Positions 51,790-63,914 of a stretch of 64,000 bases of DNA are shown piece after piece; within the stretch, counting starts at the first letter, position 1; each line of letters begins with the position of its first letter. The stretch lies in assembly GCF_036365525.1 (NCBI RefSeq), contig NC_090374.1:75909699-75973698 (forward strand). Direction: 5' to 3'. Below the pieces are notes generated by a model. It did no database searches and was not told where the DNA came from. It was given only the letters and a program-made list of their open reading frames with translations. Both the position numbers and the translations under genes were made by a program. The stretch is from Heterodontus francisci (taxonomy: Eukaryota).

Positions 51790-53060
51790 GAAAGACGGTG
51801 GTGCTGTTGTAAGGTCTTTTAACTAGTAATCCAGAGACCCTGACTAATGCCCAGGGATAACCGATTCAAATCCCACCACAGCAGCTGGTGGAATTTAAAG
51901 TCAATTTTTATGAATAAAAAATAAATCTGGAATTGAATGAAGTGTCTCCTAACAACCCAGAGCAGTTGCTGACGTCAATGCACCCGAAAACTTGCCAGCA
52001 CGAATCCGCGCATGTGCGCGTGGCATTACCACATAAAGACGTCAGTATTGCCTCACTGCTCAATGGCTGCGACTGCTGCCTCATTACCCTGCTTCCTCCA
52101 GTGATCCCCGCTTCTCTTCCCCACTCCCTCTCGCGCCCGTCTGCTCACTGCTCCACCCTGCTGTTCTTTCCTGCTCCCGACTGCTCATTTCCCGCCTTGC
52201 CATTCGCACCCCCCGCTTCTCTGTGCAGCGAGGCATGGAGTGAGCGGCGGGAGGGAACGGCGAGCAGATGGGTGTGGGACAGAACAGCAGGTCGGCGCCG
52301 CGAGCAGACAGGCGTCAGAGGCAGCGTGGAAGAGAAGCAGCAACTGAAGCTGTGATCGCAGGATTGAGCAGGGTACGGTTTGGTGTGGGGGGGGGGGGGG
52401 GGGGGGTTGGGGGTGGTCACATGGAGGCAGCAATTGCGGCCATTGAGGGAGGTCCTTGGGGGGTAAAGTTGTTCCCAGTGTGGCAGTGGGGTCCTTCGTG
52501 GATGAATTTCCCCTGGAGGAGGAACCTCCCCCCACCCCCACCACCCCAAGGCACAGGGATGGGGGTCTCATTTTACAAGGCATCCTCTCCGTATAGCGGA
52601 GGCCCTCCCCGTTGGTAAGATCTCAGCAGCAGCAGGAAAAGGCCCTTAATAGTCCACTTAAGGGCCTCAATTGGCATCTGGCCAGGAAACCGTTGTCAGC
52701 CTATCCTTCCCCCAGGAAGATCGCTGGGCGACGGGGAGGCGACAGGTCTGCTGCCCCGCCATCCGTTGCGATCCTCCGTGGCACCCCCCACCCCAACCCC
52801 CTCTCGGGGGCCTCACAAAATCCTGGCCCTAGTCTGAGTCATGGTACCATGAAATTATCATTGATAGTCATAAAAACCCATCTGGTTCACTAATTAGAGA
52901 AGAAAATCTGCGGTCCTTACCTGCTCTGGCCACAGCAATGTGGTTGACTCTTAACTGCCCTCTGAAATGGCCTAGCAAGCCACTCAGTTATCAAGATCAA
53001 TTAGGGATGGGCAGCCTTGCCAGCAATGCCCACATCCCATGAAAGAATTTTTTTTTTTAT
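51790..53060 (+). mobile_element. tRNA-head SINE split by a MITE-like insert
   Basis: Head gacggtggtgctgttgtaa...cgattcaaatcccaccacagcagctggtggaattt at 51795-51935; body and tail at 52830-53050. Confidence 0.8.
51940..52829. mobile_element. GC-rich MITE-like element (Harbinger-type terminus)
   Basis: Ends caaaatcctggccc; shares ccacttaagggcctcaattggc with 13045-13070; left terminus unclear. Confidence 0.55.
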
Positions 53061-53850
53061 AAATGCTGCAGCGATAATGGAGGCCTGGCTCAGAAAATGG
53101 CAGGACTGGATACTGAGTATTCCTGGATACAGGGTGTTCAGGAAAGAAAGAAAGGAGATGGGGTGGCATTAAGGATAATATAATTTAACGATGCTGGAGA
53201 GGGGATGTTCTGTAGGGGTCAGGGACAGAATCTATTTGGTTAGAGTTAAGAAACAACAGAGGTACCATTAAACACTGGGTGTATTCTATAGACCACTAAA
53301 TAGTGGGAGACTATAGAGGAGCAAATTTGCAGGGAAATTACAGAGGTGCAAAAACTATAGACTAGTTTCAATGGAGGACTTTAATTATCCTAATATAGAC
53401 TGGGATAGTAATGGTGTAAAGGGCAGAAATGGAGAAGAATTTATGTGGTGTGCTCTGGAGATTTTCTTGATCAGTATGTTCCTGGTTCAGCGTGGAAGGA
53501 GGCATTGCTGGATCTGGTTCTGGGAAGTGAGGTGGGTCAAGTGGATCAAATGTCAATACAGGAACATCTAGGGAACAGTGATCTAGTATCTTAAGGTTTA
53601 GCATAGCTATGGAAAAGGACAAGCAGCAACCTAGTCTAAAAATATTTAACTGGAGAAGGCTCAATTTCAGTAGGCTGAGAGCGGATCTGTCCCAGGTAAA
53701 TTGGAATCAAAGACTGGCAGGCAAAACTGTTACAGAACAATGGGCTGCCTTTAAAGAGGAGATAGTTTGGGTACAGTCAGGGTACATTCCCATGAGGGAG
53801 TGAGGAAGAGCATCATAGCCAGAGCTCCCTAGATGATGAAAGAGATAGAA

Positions 53851-54167
53851 GGGCGGCACAGTGGTGCAGTGGTTAGCACCGCAGCCTCACAGCTCCAGGG
53901 ACCCAGGTTCAATTCTGGGTACTGCCTGTGCGGAGTTTGCAAGTTCTCCGTGACTGCGTGGGTTTTCGCCGGGTGCTCCGGTTTCCTCCCACAGCCAAAG
54001 ACTTGCAGGTGATAGGTAAATTGGCCATGGTAAATTGCCCCTAGTGTAGGTAGGTAGTAGGGAATATGGGATTACTGTAGGGTTAGTATAAATGGGTGGC
54101 TGTTGGTCGGCACAGACTCGGTGGGCCGAAGGGCCTGTTTCAGTGCTGTATCTCTAAATAAATAAAA
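53851..54167 (+). mobile_element. Full-length V-SINE (HE1-like)
   Basis: A box gtggtgcagtggttagc, B box ggttcaattc, V-domain gtttgcaagttctcc...gcgtgggttttcgccgggtgctccggtttcctcccacagccaaagac, CR1-type tail and (taaa)n. Confidence 0.92.
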
Positions 54168-54800
54168 TGAAGCAGAAAAAAGGATGTGCATGATAAATGT
54201 CACACTGATAATACATGTTAGAACCAGGCAGAATATAGAAAACTCAAAAGGGAAGTGAAAAAGAAAATACAAGAGGCAAAGAGAGAGTATGAGAAGAAAC
54301 TGGCAGCTAAAATAAAAGCAAATCCAAAATTTCTTCTATAGGCATATAAATAGTAAAAGGATAGCAAGAGGAGGAGTGGGGTCAATTAGGAACCAAAAAG
54401 GTGTTGCATGCATGGAGGCAGAGGGCATGGCTGAGGTACTAAATAAGTATTTTACATCGGTCCTTACCAAGGAAGAAGGTGCTGCCAAAGGTCATAGTGA
54501 AAGGAGGTGGTAGTTGAAATGCTGGATGGGCTAAAAATTGATAAAGGTGGTATTGGAAAGGCCAGATGTACTTAAAGTTGATAAGTCACCAGGACTGGAT
54601 GAAATGAGTCCCAAGATGTGGAGGGCAATAAGTGTGGAAAGTTGTGGAGGTACTGACAATCTTCCAATCCTCCTTTGATATAGGGGTGATGCCAAAAGAC
54701 TAGAGAATTGCAAATGTCACACCCTTGTTCAAAAAAGGGTGCAAGGACAAACCCAGCAACTGCAGGCCAGTCAGTTTAACCTCAGGTGGTGGGAAAGTTG

Positions 54801-55150
54801 TTAGTGGTGCAGTGGTTAGCACTGCAGCCTCACAGCTCCAGCGACCTGGGTTCGATTCTGGGTATTGACTGTGCAGAGTTTGCAAGTTCTCCCTGTGACC
54901 GCGCGGGTTTTTGCCGGGTGCTCCGATTTCCTCCCACAGCCAAAGACTTGCAGGTTGATAGGTAAATTAGCCATTATAAATTGCCCCTAGTATAGGTAGG
55001 TGGTAGGGGAATTGAGGGAAGGTGGGGATGTGAGGGTAATGGGATTAATGTAGGATTAGTATAAATGGGCGGTTGATGGGCGGCGCAGACTCGGTGGGCC
55101 AAAGGGCCTGTTTCAATGCTGTATCGCTAAATAAAATAAAAAATAAATAA
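54801..55150 (+). mobile_element. V-SINE (HE1-like)
   Basis: Same head, V-domain and tail as 53851-54167. Confidence 0.9.
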
Positions 55151-55987
55151 GAGATGACTCAAGACAAACTTAAGTCACTTGGATAAGCGTGAATTAAGGA
55201 AAGCCAGCATGGATTTCTTAAAGGCAAATTGCACTCAACTAACTTGATTGAGTTTTTGATATACAGAGGGGGTTATTAGGATAATGTGGTTGATGTGGTG
55301 TATACGGACTTCCAATAGGCATTTGATAAGGTGCCACATAACAGTCTTAACAGTAAAATTGAAGCCCATGAAATAAAAAAGGAAAGTGGCAGCACAGACA
55401 GTGACAGGAAACAGAATAGTGGTGAACTGTTGTTATTCAGACTGGAGGAAGATGTACAATGGGGTTCCCTAGGGGTTAGCACTTGGACCACTACTTTTCT
55501 TGATATATACTAATGACTTAGACTAGGATGTTCAGCACACAATTTCAAAACTTGCCGATGGCACAAACTTGGTAAGTATTGTGAATTTTGAGGAGGATGT
55601 GAAAGACTGCAAGAGGACAGACAGGCTGATGGAATTGGTGGACACGTGGCAGATGAAATTTAATGCAGACAAGTGTGAAGTGATGCATTTTGGTAGGAAG
55701 AATAAGGAAAGGCTATATAAATTAAGTGGTACAATTCTAAAGGGGGTGCAGGAACAAAGATATTTCCTAACTCTCAATAAAGATATATACCACTGAGAAA
55801 GACAGACTCTAGGAGACAGATGCACCATCTGTGGCTAACTAAGGAAGTTAAGGATGGTATCAAACAGAAAAAGCCATACAATGCTGCAAAAATTACTGGT
55901 AGGTCACAAGATTGTGAAAAGTTTAGAAACCAGCAAAGGATGACTAAAAACAAAAGAGAAATTAGAAGAGTAAACTAGCAAATATAT

Positions 55988-56829
55988 TGTCATGCAGGCC
56001 TCCACCTGCCAAGAATGGGGTACAGACATTTCACCACATGGACATTAAATTTTAAAATTGTTGGTGGGAAGAAAAGGTGGTCTATAACAATGGGTTGCCA
56101 AGCCCCTGACTGAAAAGACAGTGCTTGGAAAGGACAAAGGGACCACTCCCTGCTCCAATTTAATCCACAATGGACTTTTGATTACCAGACATTGAATTTG
56201 GTGAAGCTAGCATTCCAGGTAAAATACTAAGAGGGCCGAACAGACAGACGTGGTCAGACCAATTTAGTCACATGACTAACTGGCTGTTGGGTTTTTTTGA
56301 ATTTGAACTTGCCATAGAGTTGTGAAACTCAAAGCTGTTTGCTCCTGGACTGAGAACATCTCTCTCCTGTCTGCTCCCATCTCTTTCAGAACTGAAGACC
56401 CATGAACCCAAAGAAAGAAAAGTCTCCTACAGTGAACAAGGTTTAAGGAGAATACTGGGCACAAGCAAAAAGCAAGACTACCTACAAAAGGACCATAGCG
56501 AGCTCTAAACTCTTCTGATATTGCCTCAAACCTTACTACTTATTTTTTCTTCTGCTATTTTCTGTCTCTAATTGCATGCGTGTGTGGGATGCGGAGTGCA
56601 TCTATAGGCATTAACAAAATTAGAGTTTAAGTTTTAATAAATGTCACTTTTCTTTAAACCCAAGGAAGCCTATTTGTGCTCCTTTCTTTGCCTTATAATT
56701 GCAAAGCGGTGAACGAGGATTCACTAAGGGGCAGCTCAAAACACACTGCTTAAAATTAAACCCTTTTACAATAGGACTAGGTGAAGGCTAAAAGGGACCC
56801 CTAGACACCTTTCTCACCTGGTCATAATA
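55988..56829 (+). mobile_element. Solo LTR nested in CR1
   Basis: tgtcatgcagg...cacctggtcataata; AATAAA near 56636; the CR1 sequence resumes right after (aaaaggaagagagtagct). Confidence 0.75.
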
Positions 56830-57779
56830 TAAAAAGGAAGAGAGTAGCTAAAATAAACATTTCTCCCTTGGAGGATGAGATTGGGAAATTAATAATGGGA
56901 AACAAGGAAATGGCAGAGACTTTGAACAATTACTTTACTTAGCATCTGTCTTCACGGAAGACAAAATTATCCCAATAATAGTGGAAAATCAAGGGGCAAA
57001 AGGGAGGGAGAAACTTAAAACAATTATCACTAAAGAAAAAGTACTATGAAAACTAACGGGACTAAAAGTGGACAAGTCCCCTGGACCTGGTGGCCTGCAC
57101 CCAAGGGTCTTAAGAGAAGTGACTCTGGATATAGTGGATACATTGGTTGTCATCTTCCAAAATTCCCTAGTTTATGGAAAGGTCCCAGTGGATTTGGAAA
57201 ACCGCAAATGTAACACCTCCATTCAAGAAAGGAGGGAGACAGCCCAACGTCTGTCATTGGGAAAATGCTGGAATCCATTATTAAGAAAGTAGTAGCAGCA
57301 CATTTGGAAAATCATAATACAATCAAGCAGTCAACATGGTTTTGTGAAAGGGAAATAGCGTGAGACAAATTTTTTTTTTTTTTTTTTTTATTTAGAGTTC
57401 TTGGTTACCAAGCAGGATGGATAAAGGGGAACCAGTATACGTAGTGCATTTGGACTTCCAAAAAGCATTTGATAGGGTGTCACATAAAAAGGTTACTGTA
57501 CAAGAGCTGTGTTGGAATAATATATTAGCATGGAGAGGGGGGATTGGCTAACTAACAGGAAACAGAAATAAATGGAGCATTTTCAGGTTGGCAAACGGTA
57601 ACTAGTAGGGTGCCACAGGGATAAGTGCTGAGGCCTCAACTAATTACAATCTACATTAATGACTTGGATGAAGGGACCAAGAGCATCCAGTATATTGTAG
57701 CCTAATTTGTGGACGATACAAAAGATAGGTAGGAAAATAAGTTGAGGAGGACACAGAGTTTGCAAAGGGATATAGATTG

Positions 57780-57958
57780 GTTGCTGGGTCAAAATCCTGG
57801 AACTCCCTGCCTAACAGCACTGTGGGTGTACCTACACTCCAAGAACTGCAGCAGTTTAAGGCAGCTCACCACCACCTTCTCAAGGGCAATTAGGGATGGG
57901 CAATAAATGCTGGCCTAGCCAGTGACACCCACATTCCATGAATAAATAAAAAAAGAAA
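57780..57958 (+). mobile_element. 3' tail of the tRNA-head LINE family
   Basis: gctgggtcaaaatcctggaactccc...caagggcaattagggatgggcaataaatgctggcctagccag...aataaataaaaaa. Confidence 0.85.
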
Positions 57959-58454
57959 AGCTTCACTTGGTTGATTCCGGAGGATGAAGGAGTTGCCTTT
58001 GAGGAAAGGTTGAGCAGATTGGGCCTATACGCATTGGGAGTTAAGAATGAGAGGTGATCTTATTGAAAAATACAAGATTCTGAGGGGGCTTGACAGGGTA
58101 GATGCTCAGAGGATGTTTCCCTGTGTGGGGGAATCTCTAGCATGGGGGCAGTGTTTCAAAATAAGGGGCCTCGCATTTAAGACAGATAAAAGGAGGAATT
58201 TCTTGCGAGGGTTGTTAATCTTTGGAATTCCCTTCCCCAGAGAGCAGTGGATGCTGGGTCATTGAATACATTCAAGGCTGAAATGGACAGATTTTTGATC
58301 TCCAAGGGAGTAAAAGGGTTATTAGGGGTGGGGGGGGTGCAGGCAGGAAAGTGGAATAAGGCCACAAATCAGATCAGCCATGATCTTATGGAATGGCAGA
58401 GCAGGCTCAAGGGGCCAAATGGCCAACACCCACTCTTATTTCTGATGCTCACAT

Positions 58455-59140
58455 TCTTAAAAAAGACCTGGGGTATATGTGCAAAATTGTTGAAGATGTC
58501 GAGTTGGGTTGAGAAATGGCATAGGGGGTCCGGGGCTTTATAAATAGAGACACACAGTACAAAAACAAGGAAATAATGAAGAGCCTTTATAAAACATTGG
58601 ATCAGCCTCAACTGAGAGTATTGTGCCTAATTCTGGGCACCGCACTTTAGGAGGAAAGTGAAGGCATGAGAGAAGGTTCAGAAAAGATTTGAGAATGGTT
58701 CCAGTGATGAGGAACTTCATTCATGGGGATAGATTGAGAACTACCCCAGTTTCTCCAGAGAAGATTAAGAGATTTGATAGAGGTGTTCAAAATCATGAGG
58801 GGTCTAGACAGAGGAGATGGAGGGAAAGTTCCCATTGGCAGAAGGGTCAAGAACAAGACAATACAGATTTAAGGCGACTGGCAAAAGAACCAAAAGCAAC
58901 ACGCTGATAATTTTTTTTTAATGCAGCAAGTGGTTACAATCTGGAATACAGTGCCCAAGTATGCTGGAGGCAGATTCAATCGTGGCTTTCAAAAGGGAAT
59001 TGGATAAGCACCTGAAAGGAATAAAATTGCAGGGCTGCAGGGAAAGGGCAGGGAGTGGGACTAGCTAAATTGCTCTTGCAATGAGCCGATACAGACTCGA
59101 CTGGCCTCCTTCTGTGCTGTAACGATTCTATGATTCTTAG
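58455..59140 (+). mobile_element. CR1 3' fragment
   Basis: RT C-terminal relic and tail ccttctgtgctgtaacgattctatgattct. Confidence 0.75.
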
Positions 59141-59994
59141 AAACTTTTCATAGAAAATAAATTCCTGTATTTGGAGGAGTAGCTCCAGGTGGGCAAATAT
59201 TATAAAATTGAAAATGCAGAGCACACTTGTGCAAAGAATCTATTTCTCAGGAAACTACAGTAAAGGCTTTGCATCTTTGGTGTTTTTAGGTACATTCAAG
59301 GCTACTGTTGAAAAAGTTCTCAAGCATTAAAAGGACTGGTAAAAGGGGCTTAACCTAAAATGAGTGTCAGCTTTCAGTATTTACCAAATAGCATTGCAGA
59401 CAGTTTTGTGCTGTTCATAACCTTTACATATCTTTCAATCTGCCCTTGAGAGGAATGTATGAAAAAGTAAGAGGTATAAGTAACAAAACAATTGAAGTAA
59501 TTGTAGGATTTGATCCTTTAACAGACTCTTCAGAAAAACAGCATATTACATTCTAACTTTCCACAGTTGATCTGTACCACTGGTTCAGGCTTCTACACGG
59601 GTGAGCTCTCCACTTAGTGCAAGCAAATTTCAGCCTCTGGTGTTGTGACCTAGCTTCACCTTCACCCACTCCCCCAAAATCTTAGTTCTTGGTTATAGCT
59701 TGATTCCTTGAAGTAGAGGGAGCCATTTTATTTGCTATGCAAAATGCTGGGCTTGGAGCAAGCAATAATAATTCTATTACTAATGTGCAAAGACAATAGC
59801 TGACTAAGTCTAGCTGAGAGGGTCAATTATAAGTACTACAAAAGCCTGATGTTGGAAACCAAGAAACAAAAGCACAATTCAATTGATTTAGTCCATAAAA
59901 TTTCTTTAAAATGGTACAAGCCCTGAAAAGATTTTCAAAATCTTCCACTGAAGATAGTCACTTAAAAGTAACATTCCGGCCTCTTCCCTCAAGA

Positions 59995-60098
59995 TCATGC
60001 ATCAAACAAAAAATGCGGCCATGAACTTACTGAACGGCGGAGCAGGATCCAAGGGCCGAGAGGCCTACTTCTGCTCCTAATTCATATGTTCGTATGTA
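59995..60098 (+). mobile_element. CR1 3' tail
   Basis: ggcggagcaggatccaagggccgagaggcctacttctgctcctaattcatatgttcgtatg. Confidence 0.7.
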
Positions 60099-60613
60099 AC
60101 AGAGTTCAAAAGCTGCAGCATAGGCAAAGTACAATCTGCTTCTTTTGCAGTCCTCTTATAAAGCTGGAATCTACAGCCTAAAGTTCTTGTCAAAGCCCAG
60201 AATCCCAAACAAGTTTAAATCCACCAACAGGTGCATTTGTGCAGGATTAAAAGATAAGCACAACTTTCAGGAATGCCGCAGAAGGTTGTTGAAATCTCAG
60301 CCGCTTTTTCTTCATTGCTTGTCTCTTCCCTGTTGGGGTAATATCGTTTCAGCTTCTTTGCCATACAAAGAAACACCTGTTGAGCACAGGCATTTAATTC
60401 AGTGTCAGAGTGTTGTTCGTTTGACTGCTTCAGCCCAGAACAGTAGATCCATTACTTTGTTCTAAGTTTTGTGGATTGAGAGATGCAGAGATTCAAACGA
60501 AGTGATTAAATCCAGTCATGTAGCATTCTTGGCAACAAAATGAACCTCATTAAGCTGAGCATTGTTTAGAGGGGTTACAAGGTCTATTAAAATCTGTGCT
60601 CTACTGAAACCAA

Positions 60614-60995
60614 GGCCAGAATTTTGCAGTGGTCGGACAGGAGCTGGCCACCGACCGAAAAGTCGGTGGCGATCCCGCTTCCGCCGGGCCCAGGGATCCA
60701 GACTGGATTTTACGCTTCCCCAGGCCATTAAATGGTCTTGGGTGGGACTTCCACCTCATTGAGGCAGGAAGTCCTGCCTAATGGAACTGCTAGTCAAATC
60801 AGTGGGCTGGCAGCTCTTACTCCCAACAATGCCACTGGGAGTGGTGGCCACTGCTTGGACTGCAGTCCAGCTTCAAGATCAAGATGATGGAGAAGACAGA
60901 AAAGAGGTAAATTTTTGGGGCCTCCCCTGAGAGATTGGTCAGGCCCCGACAAGGCAAGGGGGTCGATTGGAGGGGGTGGGGGGGCTTCGGCCTTA
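60614..60995. mobile_element. Half MITE, same family as 12517-13207
   Basis: ggccagaattttgc terminus; ccgcttccgcc...ggggatcc and cagctctta.tccca.ca.tgccactg.gag.ggtggccactgct shared with 12580-12770. Confidence 0.7.
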
Positions 60996-61801
60996 CCAGA
61001 CATAAAAAACAAAGCCACACACAGTTGTCTTGCTCCAATCAGTGGGCTCATCACAAAAACTCATGCATTAATCTTTGAGGTCACCTCCTCACAATGCATA
61101 GCAAAAAACTTTCAATGGGTAGTTCTGTCGTAGTTTATTTGCACTTGGCAAGCAACCATTTTGCACATTTTGTTGAAAGAATATCTGCAGCTTTGGATGA
61201 TCAAGTTTTCCCAGTGGTAGGTTGGTGCTTGCAAAAGCATTCACAAGTCCCATTATAATCAACTGACGATTTTCTGAGTTCTCCGTCGACCTCAAAGAGA
61301 AATGAACTAATTGTTTTTTGCGTCCTCATTTTCCAGCAGTGCAGTGCAGGGTGCTCTCTTTCTGCTGCGATGGCTTTCAGACTCTATGCGGCGCAGAACC
61401 ATTGCCAGCCCTGTGAGATCCAATGAAATATTGCAGCTTGTATATAACCGCATTCCACCATAGGCATGGAGAATTTGGAAGCCAAATTCTTTCACTCGAT
61501 ATACTGCAGTAATGGTTGTGGCCGTTTTTGATTTGCTCATGCTGGCATTCTCACTTGTCTGCTAATACTTGAAACTGCTTCTCAAAACTACATTGGAAGC
61601 CTTTCCTCATCTACCAAATCAGCGAGTTGGGCATTGTGTCAATCGCAAACACGCATGTTCACACCATGCCCAGGAATAACCGAGGTGAGCCTCATCATAA
61701 AATAAAACGTGCGAAGTTCACAAAATAGCCAATTTCACAGAGGACCTGAGATTTCATGTCCGTGATGCATTTTTCACGACCATAAATTTGGTACAGCCCT
61801 A
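60996..61801 (-). mobile_element. hAT transposon with CGGBP1-like N-terminus (copy 2, 3'-truncated)
   Basis: TIR tagggctgtaccaaattt at 61801; ORFs 61307-61540 (MSKSKTATTITAVYRVKEFGFQILHAYGG..YTSCNISLD...IESESHRSRKR) and 61089-61295 (AFASTNLPLGKLDHPKLQIFFQQNVQNG.LPSANKLRQNY); CDEPTD motif near 61040-61057. Confidence 0.85.
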
Positions 61802-61814
61802 CTTATATAGCAAG

Positions 61815-62228
61815 TCTGAGACAGCTTAGTAGTAAGACCCTCACTACTCAGCCAGATCATGAGGTTAAGCCCTATTTCTGAGACCTGAGCACATAAACTC
61901 AGCTGGCACTTCACTATAGTACTGAGGGAGTGGTGCATTGTGTCGCTGTCTTTCGGATGACATGTTAAACTGAAGCCCTACCTCCTCCACTCGTCACTAC
62001 TCGAAGAGCGGGGGGTGGGGGGGTCCCCCAGGTACCTTGGCCTATATTTCTCTCTCAACCATCTAACCAGATTATCTGGTCATTTATCTCACTGCTGTTT
62101 GTGGGACCCTTCAAACTGGTTGCTGCATTTGCCTACATTAGAGCAGCGACTATAAAATGTAATCCATCTGTTGTGAAGCACTTTAGGATGTTGAGAACAT
62201 GAGTTATACAAATGTAAACTTTAAAAAA
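61815..62228 (+). mobile_element. DeuSINE (SacSINE1/AmnSINE-like)
   Basis: tRNA-like head, gtactgagggagtggtgcattg...gtctttcggatgacatgttaaactga, attatctggtcatttatctcactgctgtttgtgggacc (Deu-domain-like as recalled) and L2-type tail. Confidence 0.7.
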
Positions 62229-62419
62229 AATTCCTTTATCAAAACTAATTCCATGATTGTGCAACTACATTTGCTACACTTGCTAATCCAAGATTTTTTT
62301 TGGCTATAAAACAAATTGAATTATCCAATAATTTGAATTAAGCAGTGTGAATAACTTGGTAAAGCAAGACTCTATAGCTGCAGCATCAATTCAAGCTTAA
62401 TTCAGCTCAAGGGAAATAA

Positions 62420-62745
62420 AAGCATTTACAGCACAGGAGGCAGCTATTCGGCCTATCGAGCTCATAGCAGCTCTCCATGGAGCCATCCAGTCAGTCCCAC
62501 TCCCCCACTCGATCCCCACAGCCCTGCAAGTTTATTTCCTTCGTGGCCACTCAATTTCCTTTTGAAATCAGATTGTCTCCTTAAACCACACTTGGGGGGG
62601 GGGGGGGGGGGAAAAGAGAGCTCCAGGTCATCATCACCCACCACATGACAAAGTTCTTCCTCTTCATCCCCCTGCATCGCTTGCCCAAAACTTTCAATCT
62701 GTGTCTCATTAACTGATGGTGCAAGGACTAAGGGAACAGTTTTGC
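62420..62745 (-). mobile_element. CR1 3' fragment
   Basis: Reverse complement of the same tail family as 41160-41420. Confidence 0.75.
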
Positions 62746-63148
62746 CCTTGAGAAGGTGATGGTGAGCTGCCCTCTGGAACCACTGCAGTCCTTTGTGTAG
62801 TGGTGTTGTACAACTGAATGAAATGGCCTAGCAAGCCAGAGTGCAGCTAAGAGTCAACCACATTTTGCTGGGTCTGGAGTCACATGTAGGCCAGACCAGG
62901 TAAGGATGGCAGATTTCCTTCCCTAAAAGACATTAGTGAACTAGATAGGTTTTGACAACAATCGATGGTAGTTTTATGGTCACCATTACGAAGACTAGCT
63001 TTCAATTCCAGATTTTTATTCATGAAATTTATTAATTGAATGTAAATTCCGCCAGCTGCCATGGTGGGATTTGAACCCATGTCCCCAGATTATCCTGGGT
63101 CTCTGGATTGCTAGTCCAGTGACGTTACCACGACGCCACCGTCTCCCC
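62745..63148 (-). mobile_element. tRNA-head SINE, long-junction variant with a micro-inversion
   Basis: Minus strand ggggagacggTGGCGTCGTGGtaacgtcactggactagcaatccagag...GGTTCAAATCCcacc (A and B boxes), body, then cagttgtacaacaccactacacaaaggactgcagtggttc...caagggca. Confidence 0.85.
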
Positions 63149-63585
63149 ACAGGACTGTTCTTATATCCTTTCTTGAAAAAGGGCATCACATTTTCCATTC
63201 TCCATTCCCTGTATCCAGGGAAGATTGGAAGATTATGGCAAGCCCATCTGCTAACACCACCCCCGCTTCCTTTAGTAACCTGGGATACAAGCCATCCAGA
63301 CCAGACCCATGTGTAGCCAACCTTTTTAGTATTTCCCCCCCACCCCTTCAATTTTTACCCTATTCATGGCCTTTACTCTCTCTTCTACTGATATATTGTC
63401 AGATTCCTTTTCTTTAGTCGACACTGATACAAAGTACTCTAAGTATTCTAGCCTTGCCCTGTGCCCCTAAGCATACATTACCCTCTTTGTCCCGAATAGG
63501 CCCCACTCCACCTCTTACTACCTGCTTGCTATTTACATGCCGGTAGAAGATTTTTGGGTTCCTTTTGATGTTGACTGCCATTCTG
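63149..63585 (-). mobile_element. CR1 ORF2 internal fragment
   Basis: Reverse complement: NIKRNPKIFYRHVNSK...GPIRDKEG; WRMENVMPFFKKG. Confidence 0.7.
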
Positions 63586-63914
63586 GCTCTTACTCCTGGC
63601 TACACTGATGTTAATATTTTCATTTATTGCCTTAAGATAGTTTTAACAGATTGTGCAATATTTACACAATTCAGTGTTTTCCATTAAAAGCAAAATAACT
63701 GGCAGCTTTTATTTCCTTCAAGTTATCCAAATTAATCCAGTTAGCTGTAGAAACTATGAGCAGGAACCCTGAATTCTCACTTCTGTTTTGTGTATAAATA
63801 AGGGAATGAACTACAGAGCAGTAATTCTATCAATATGTTAAGATGGCTTTGCCTTCATGGCTTAGGAATGTCATGTGAGCCTCCAAGATGGAATTACTAC
63901 TTTGTTACTCACTT

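Larger units (their letters stand above)
51560..55760 (+). mobile_element. Long degraded CR1 ORF2 with nested SINEs and a MITE
   Basis: EN start (IIVNVQSVANKVGELKAHI) is broken at about 51790 and resumes near 53060 (EAWL, YRP, DFNYPNIDW); RT relics continue to about 55760. Confidence 0.85.
55790..58450 (+). mobile_element. Degraded CR1 with nested solo LTR and LINE tail
   Basis: [25 protein letters not shown] and MRGDLIEKYKILRGLDRVD motifs; CR1 tail to about 58450. Confidence 0.85.

Noticed and set aside
52382-52415. Long G/C homopolymers (also 8375-8392 and 62594-62611) as functional G-quadruplexes
   Set aside because: Simple slippage expansions inside repeats and prone to sequencing error; nothing supports function.
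53851-53935. tRNA-like A/B boxes here and at 21038, 54801 and 63060-63148
   Set aside because: These are SINE heads continuous with SINE bodies, not tRNA genes.
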